From the UHGV virus genome UHGV-0117379: a DNA stretch of 35,783 bases. The stretch is one strand, 5' to 3'. The DNA is from a virus. A program made the translations under genes and the position numbers. The notes beneath the pieces are model-generated. The model searched no databases. It had not been told where the DNA came from and saw nothing but the letters and a program-made list of their open reading frames with translations. Positions 33,701-35,783 of the stretch are shown here, piece after piece; within the stretch, counting starts at the first letter, position 1; every line of letters starts with the position of its first letter.

Positions 33701-33845
33701 GACGCAGATCATCATTCAGACGCAGCCAGGACAAAGTGCGCAGGATATTGCGCGGGAGGTGGAACGCCAGCTTGATGAACGTGAACGCAGGCTGAAGGCA
33801 AAAGCCAGGAGTAACTACAGCGATCAGGGGGGATACGACGCATGA
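30768..33845 (+). CDS. T: Tail tape-measure protein gpT (1025 aa)
   Basis: Large, Ala/Leu-rich, with a coiled-coil N-terminus and central hydrophobic repeats. Lies between E/E' and U. Confidence 0.9.
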   Translation: MSDNNLRLQVILNAVDKLTRPFRSAQASSRELAAAVKKSRDAIKQLDQAGSSLDSFRKLQAENQKLGDRLNYARQRANLLSQELGAMGPPSQRQVVALGRQRLAVQRLEERQKKLQQQTALVRAELYRAGISAKDDAGATARLARETSRYNQELSKQEARLKRLGEAQRRMNAARASYARSLEVRDRIAGAGATTTAAGLAMGAPVMAAVKSYTSMEDAMKGVAKQVNGLRDDNGNRTARFYEMQDAIKAASEQLPMENGAVDFAALVEGGARMNVANPDDSWEDQKRDLLAFASTAAKAATAFELPADELSESLGKIAQLYKIPTRNIEQLGDALNYLDDNAMSKGADIIDVMQRLGGVADRLDYRKAAALGSTFLTLGAAPEVAASAANAMVRELSIATMQSKSFFEGMNLLKLNPEVIEKQMTKDAMGTIQRVLEKVNALPQDKRLSAMTMLFGKEFGDDAAKLANNLPELQRQLKLTAGNDALGSMQKESDINKDSLSAQWLLVKTGAQNTFSSLGETLRQPLMDILYTVKSVTGALRRWVEANPELTGTLMKASAVVAAVTVGLGTLAVALAAVLGPLAVIRLGFSVLGIKTLSSVTAAVTRTSSALSWLAGAPLALLRRGLASSGNAAGLLTAPLSSLRRTASLTGNVLKTVAGAPVALLRSGLSGLRAVAVMFMNPLAVLRGGLAAAGTVLRVLASGPLAMLRVALYAISGLLGALLSPIGLVVTALAGVALVVWKYWQPITAFLGGVVEGFKAAAGPISAAFEPLKPVFQWIGDKVQALWGWFTDLLTPVKSTSAELQSAAAMGRRFGEALAEGLNMVMHPLDSLKSGVSWLLEKLGIVSKEAAKAKLPESVTRQQPATVNADGKVMMPSGGFPSWGYGFAGMYDSGGYIPRGQFGIVGENGPEIVNGPANVTSRRNTAALAAVVAGMMGVAAAPAELPPLHPLALPAKGGEAIVSRAATVPLVQRIEAPTQIIIQTQPGQSAQDIAREVERQLDERERRLKAKARSNYSDQGGYDA

Positions 33846-34327
33846 TGATGGTGCTGGGATTGTACGTGTTTATGCTGCGCACCGTTCCGTATCAGGAACT
33901 GCAGTATCAACGCAGCTGGCGACATGCGGCAAACAGTCGGGTAAACCGACGTCCGTCCACGCAGTTTCTGGGACCGGAAAACGACATGCTGACGCTTTCC
34001 GGTGTTCTTATGCCGGAAATAACAGGCGGCAGGCTGTCGTTGCTGGCACTGGAGCAGATGGCAGAACAGGGGAAAGCATGGCCCCTGATTGAAGGCAGCG
34101 GCACGATTTACGGCATGTATGTGATTGAGGGACTGAATCAGACTAAAACGGAGTTTTTCCGCGATGGTATGCCGCGCCGGATTGAGTTCACCCTGTCGCT
34201 CAAACGGGTGGATGAATCCCTGTCCGATATGTTCGGTGATCTCAGTGCGCAGCTGAATAATTTGCAGGATACGACAACGTCTGCCTTAAGCGATATCAGT
34301 AAAACGGTGGGAGGGCTGCTGTCGTGA
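33842..34327 (+). CDS. U: Tail protein gpU
   Basis: 161 aa. ATGA overlap with T. P2 U position and N-terminal motif (VLGLYVF...VPYQ.L....W.H). Confidence 0.88.
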   Translation: MMMVLGLYVFMLRTVPYQELQYQRSWRHAANSRVNRRPSTQFLGPENDMLTLSGVLMPEITGGRLSLLALEQMAEQGKAWPLIEGSGTIYGMYVIEGLNQTKTEFFRDGMPRRIEFTLSLKRVDESLSDMFGDLSAQLNNLQDTTTSALSDISKTVGGLLS

Positions 34328-35424
34328 ATTTCAGCTCTGAACTGCTTAACAAAGGCAACAAAACTCCGGCATTCAGCATCAGTATTGAGGGTAAGGATAT
34401 CACCACTGTGCTGGATAATCGCCTGATGAGTCTGACGCTGACGGACAATCGGGGCTTTGAAGCGGACCAGCTTGATCTGGAGCTGGACGACGCCGACGGA
34501 AAAATCGTGCTGCCGCGCCGTGGTGCGGTCATTACGCTGGCGTTGGGCTGGAAGGGGCAGTCGCTTTTCCCGAAAGGAGCATTCACGGTGGACGAGATTG
34601 AACACACTGGCGCACCGGACCGCCTGACTATCCGGGCGCGAAGTGCTGATTTTCGTGAAACCCTGAATACCCGCCGTGAAAAATCGTGGCACAAGACCAC
34701 CGTTGGGGAAGTGGTGAAGGAAATAGCTGCGCGGCACAAACTGAAGATGGCATTGGGTGAAGACCTGTCGGATAAACCTGTGGAGCATATAGACCAGACC
34801 AATGAGAGTGACGGCAGTTTTCTGATGCGGCTGGCGCGCCAGTACGGTGCTATTGCGTCGGTGAAAAATGGCAATCTGTTATTCATCCGGCAGGGACAGG
34901 GTAAAAGCGCCAGCGGTAAACCACTACCGGTTATCACTATCACACGTAAGGACGGCGACAGTCACCGCTTTACCCTGGCAGATCGCGGAGCCTACACGGG
35001 CGTAATTGCCAGCTGGTTGCATACCCGCGAACCCGCGAAGAAAGAAAGCACCACGGTGAAGCGTAAGCGCAGGACTAAGAAGCAGAAGAAAGAGCCGGAA
35101 GCGAAGCAGTGCGATTACCTGGTGGGTACAGATGAAAACGTGCTGGTACTTAATCACACCTATGCCAACCGGAGCAACGCCGAACGGGCGGCGAAAATGC
35201 AGTGGGAACGCCTGCAACGTGGCGTTGCGTCATTCTCGCTACAACTGGCAGAAGGTCGGGCGGATCTCTACACGGAAATGCCAGTGAAAGTCAGAGGCTT
35301 TAAACAGCCGATAGATGATGCGGAATGGACTATTACCACCCTGACGCATACTGTCAATCCGGATAACGGTTTTACGACCAGTCTGGAGCTTGAAGTGAAG
35401 ATTAATGATTTCGAAATGGAATGA
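34324..35424 (+). CDS. D: Tail/late-control protein gpD
   Basis: GTG start overlaps the U stop. 366 aa. Carries the P2 gpD motif (..LTLTDNRGFEADQLDLELDD.DG). Confidence 0.9.
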   Translation: MNFSSELLNKGNKTPAFSISIEGKDITTVLDNRLMSLTLTDNRGFEADQLDLELDDADGKIVLPRRGAVITLALGWKGQSLFPKGAFTVDEIEHTGAPDRLTIRARSADFRETLNTRREKSWHKTTVGEVVKEIAARHKLKMALGEDLSDKPVEHIDQTNESDGSFLMRLARQYGAIASVKNGNLLFIRQGQGKSASGKPLPVITITRKDGDSHRFTLADRGAYTGVIASWLHTREPAKKESTTVKRKRRTKKQKKEPEAKQCDYLVGTDENVLVLNHTYANRSNAERAAKMQWERLQRGVASFSLQLAEGRADLYTEMPVKVRGFKQPIDDAEWTITTLTHTVNPDNGFTTSLELEVKINDFEME

Positions 35425-35514
35425 TTCTTCGTAATAGAGAACTTTTAAGTTTTCAAAATGGAATAATGCGGTATCATTATTGTGAATTTAGCAAAAATGG
35501 GGAGAACTCGAAAA

Positions 35515-35733
35515 ATGATGATTTGCCCACTGTGTGGAAGTGCCGCCCATACTCGCAGCAGTTTTCAGGTATCTTCATTGACCAAAGAGCGTTACAACCA
35601 GTGCCAGAACATTAACTGCAGCCATACTTTTGTTACCCATGAAACTTTTGTTCGTTCGATTGCAACGCCAAAAGAGTCAAATCCGGTTCAGCCGCATCCA
35701 ATGAAATCAGGACAGGTGGCGCTCTCTCTTTGA
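35515..35733 (+). CDS. ogr: Late gene transcriptional activator, Ogr/Delta/186-B zinc-finger family (72 aa)
   Basis: CPLC-X22-CQNINC zinc-finger spacing and the KERYNQCQNINCSHTF core, as in P2 Ogr (KERYHQCQNVNCSATF). ATG at 35515 follows GGGGAGAA. 72 aa equals the length of Ogr. Confidence 0.9.
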   Translation: MMICPLCGSAAHTRSSFQVSSLTKERYNQCQNINCSHTFVTHETFVRSIATPKESNPVQPHPMKSGQVALSL

Positions 35734-35783
35734 CTCTGCCGCCAATTTGTCGCCATCGTTAAAAAACAGTGCTTCTAACATCA

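Larger units (their letters stand above)
651..35783. mobile_element. P2/186-like temperate myovirus prophage (integrated, apparently intact); the right boundary is at or just beyond the window end
   Basis: Complete collinear set of P2-family genes, from int (left) to ogr/B (right). A cos-like sequence lies internally at 10582..10600, as expected for an integrated, circularly permuted map. Confidence 0.9.

Noticed and set aside
34138-34943. Two ~215-aa minus-strand ORFs overlapping gene D
   Set aside because: They are antisense to a well-supported gpD reading frame, with no SD and junk-like composition.
35421-35615. 64-aa ORF upstream of and overlapping ogr, and the 11-codon extension of the ogr ORF (35482..35514)
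   Set aside because: It is out of frame with, or extends beyond, the conserved 72-aa Ogr/B length. The ATG at 35515 has a GGGGAGAA SD, and the ORF has no independent support.

Overview
The window is almost entirely one apparently complete P2/186-family (Peduovirus-like) prophage of an enterobacterium. It sits next to a host TetR-family regulator gene (50..613). Gene order matches the canonical prophage map. From the left: attL region, int, a 186-type CI repressor, then the divergent early operon (Apl/Cox-like, 186-type CII, small ORFs, TraR-like, ASCH/DUF3850-like, Dam methylase, replication protein A). Next come a LexA-boxed Tum/DinI-like module, a cargo region and cos. Then follow Q-P (minus strand), O-N-M-L-X, the lysis cassette, R-S, V-W-J-I-H, the tail-fibre assembly gene, FI-FII-E/E'-T-U-D and ogr/B at the right edge. 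Four places depart from this backbone and are the main items of interest. (1) An AT-rich single-gene island between S and V (20820..22331) encodes a 503-aa P-loop NTPase with its own promoter and terminator. (2) An AT-rich island wedged between the cos site and the 3' end of Q (10666..12318) encodes a soluble KAP-family P-loop NTPase. (3) A translationally coupled pair, a 72-aa protein plus a 280-aa three-TM membrane protein (9404..10464), occupies the tin/old position on the other side of cos. (4) A small exported Cys-rich protein gene lies inside the lysogenic cI-int transcription unit (1977..2168). The fun(Z) position is taken by a Hin/Gin-type invertase. A 1.9-kb invertible tail-fibre segment is bounded by recognisable 26-bp hix-like sites. 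No tRNA, rRNA or CRISPR array was seen. All functional calls come from reading motifs and remembered family sequences; no database search was possible.
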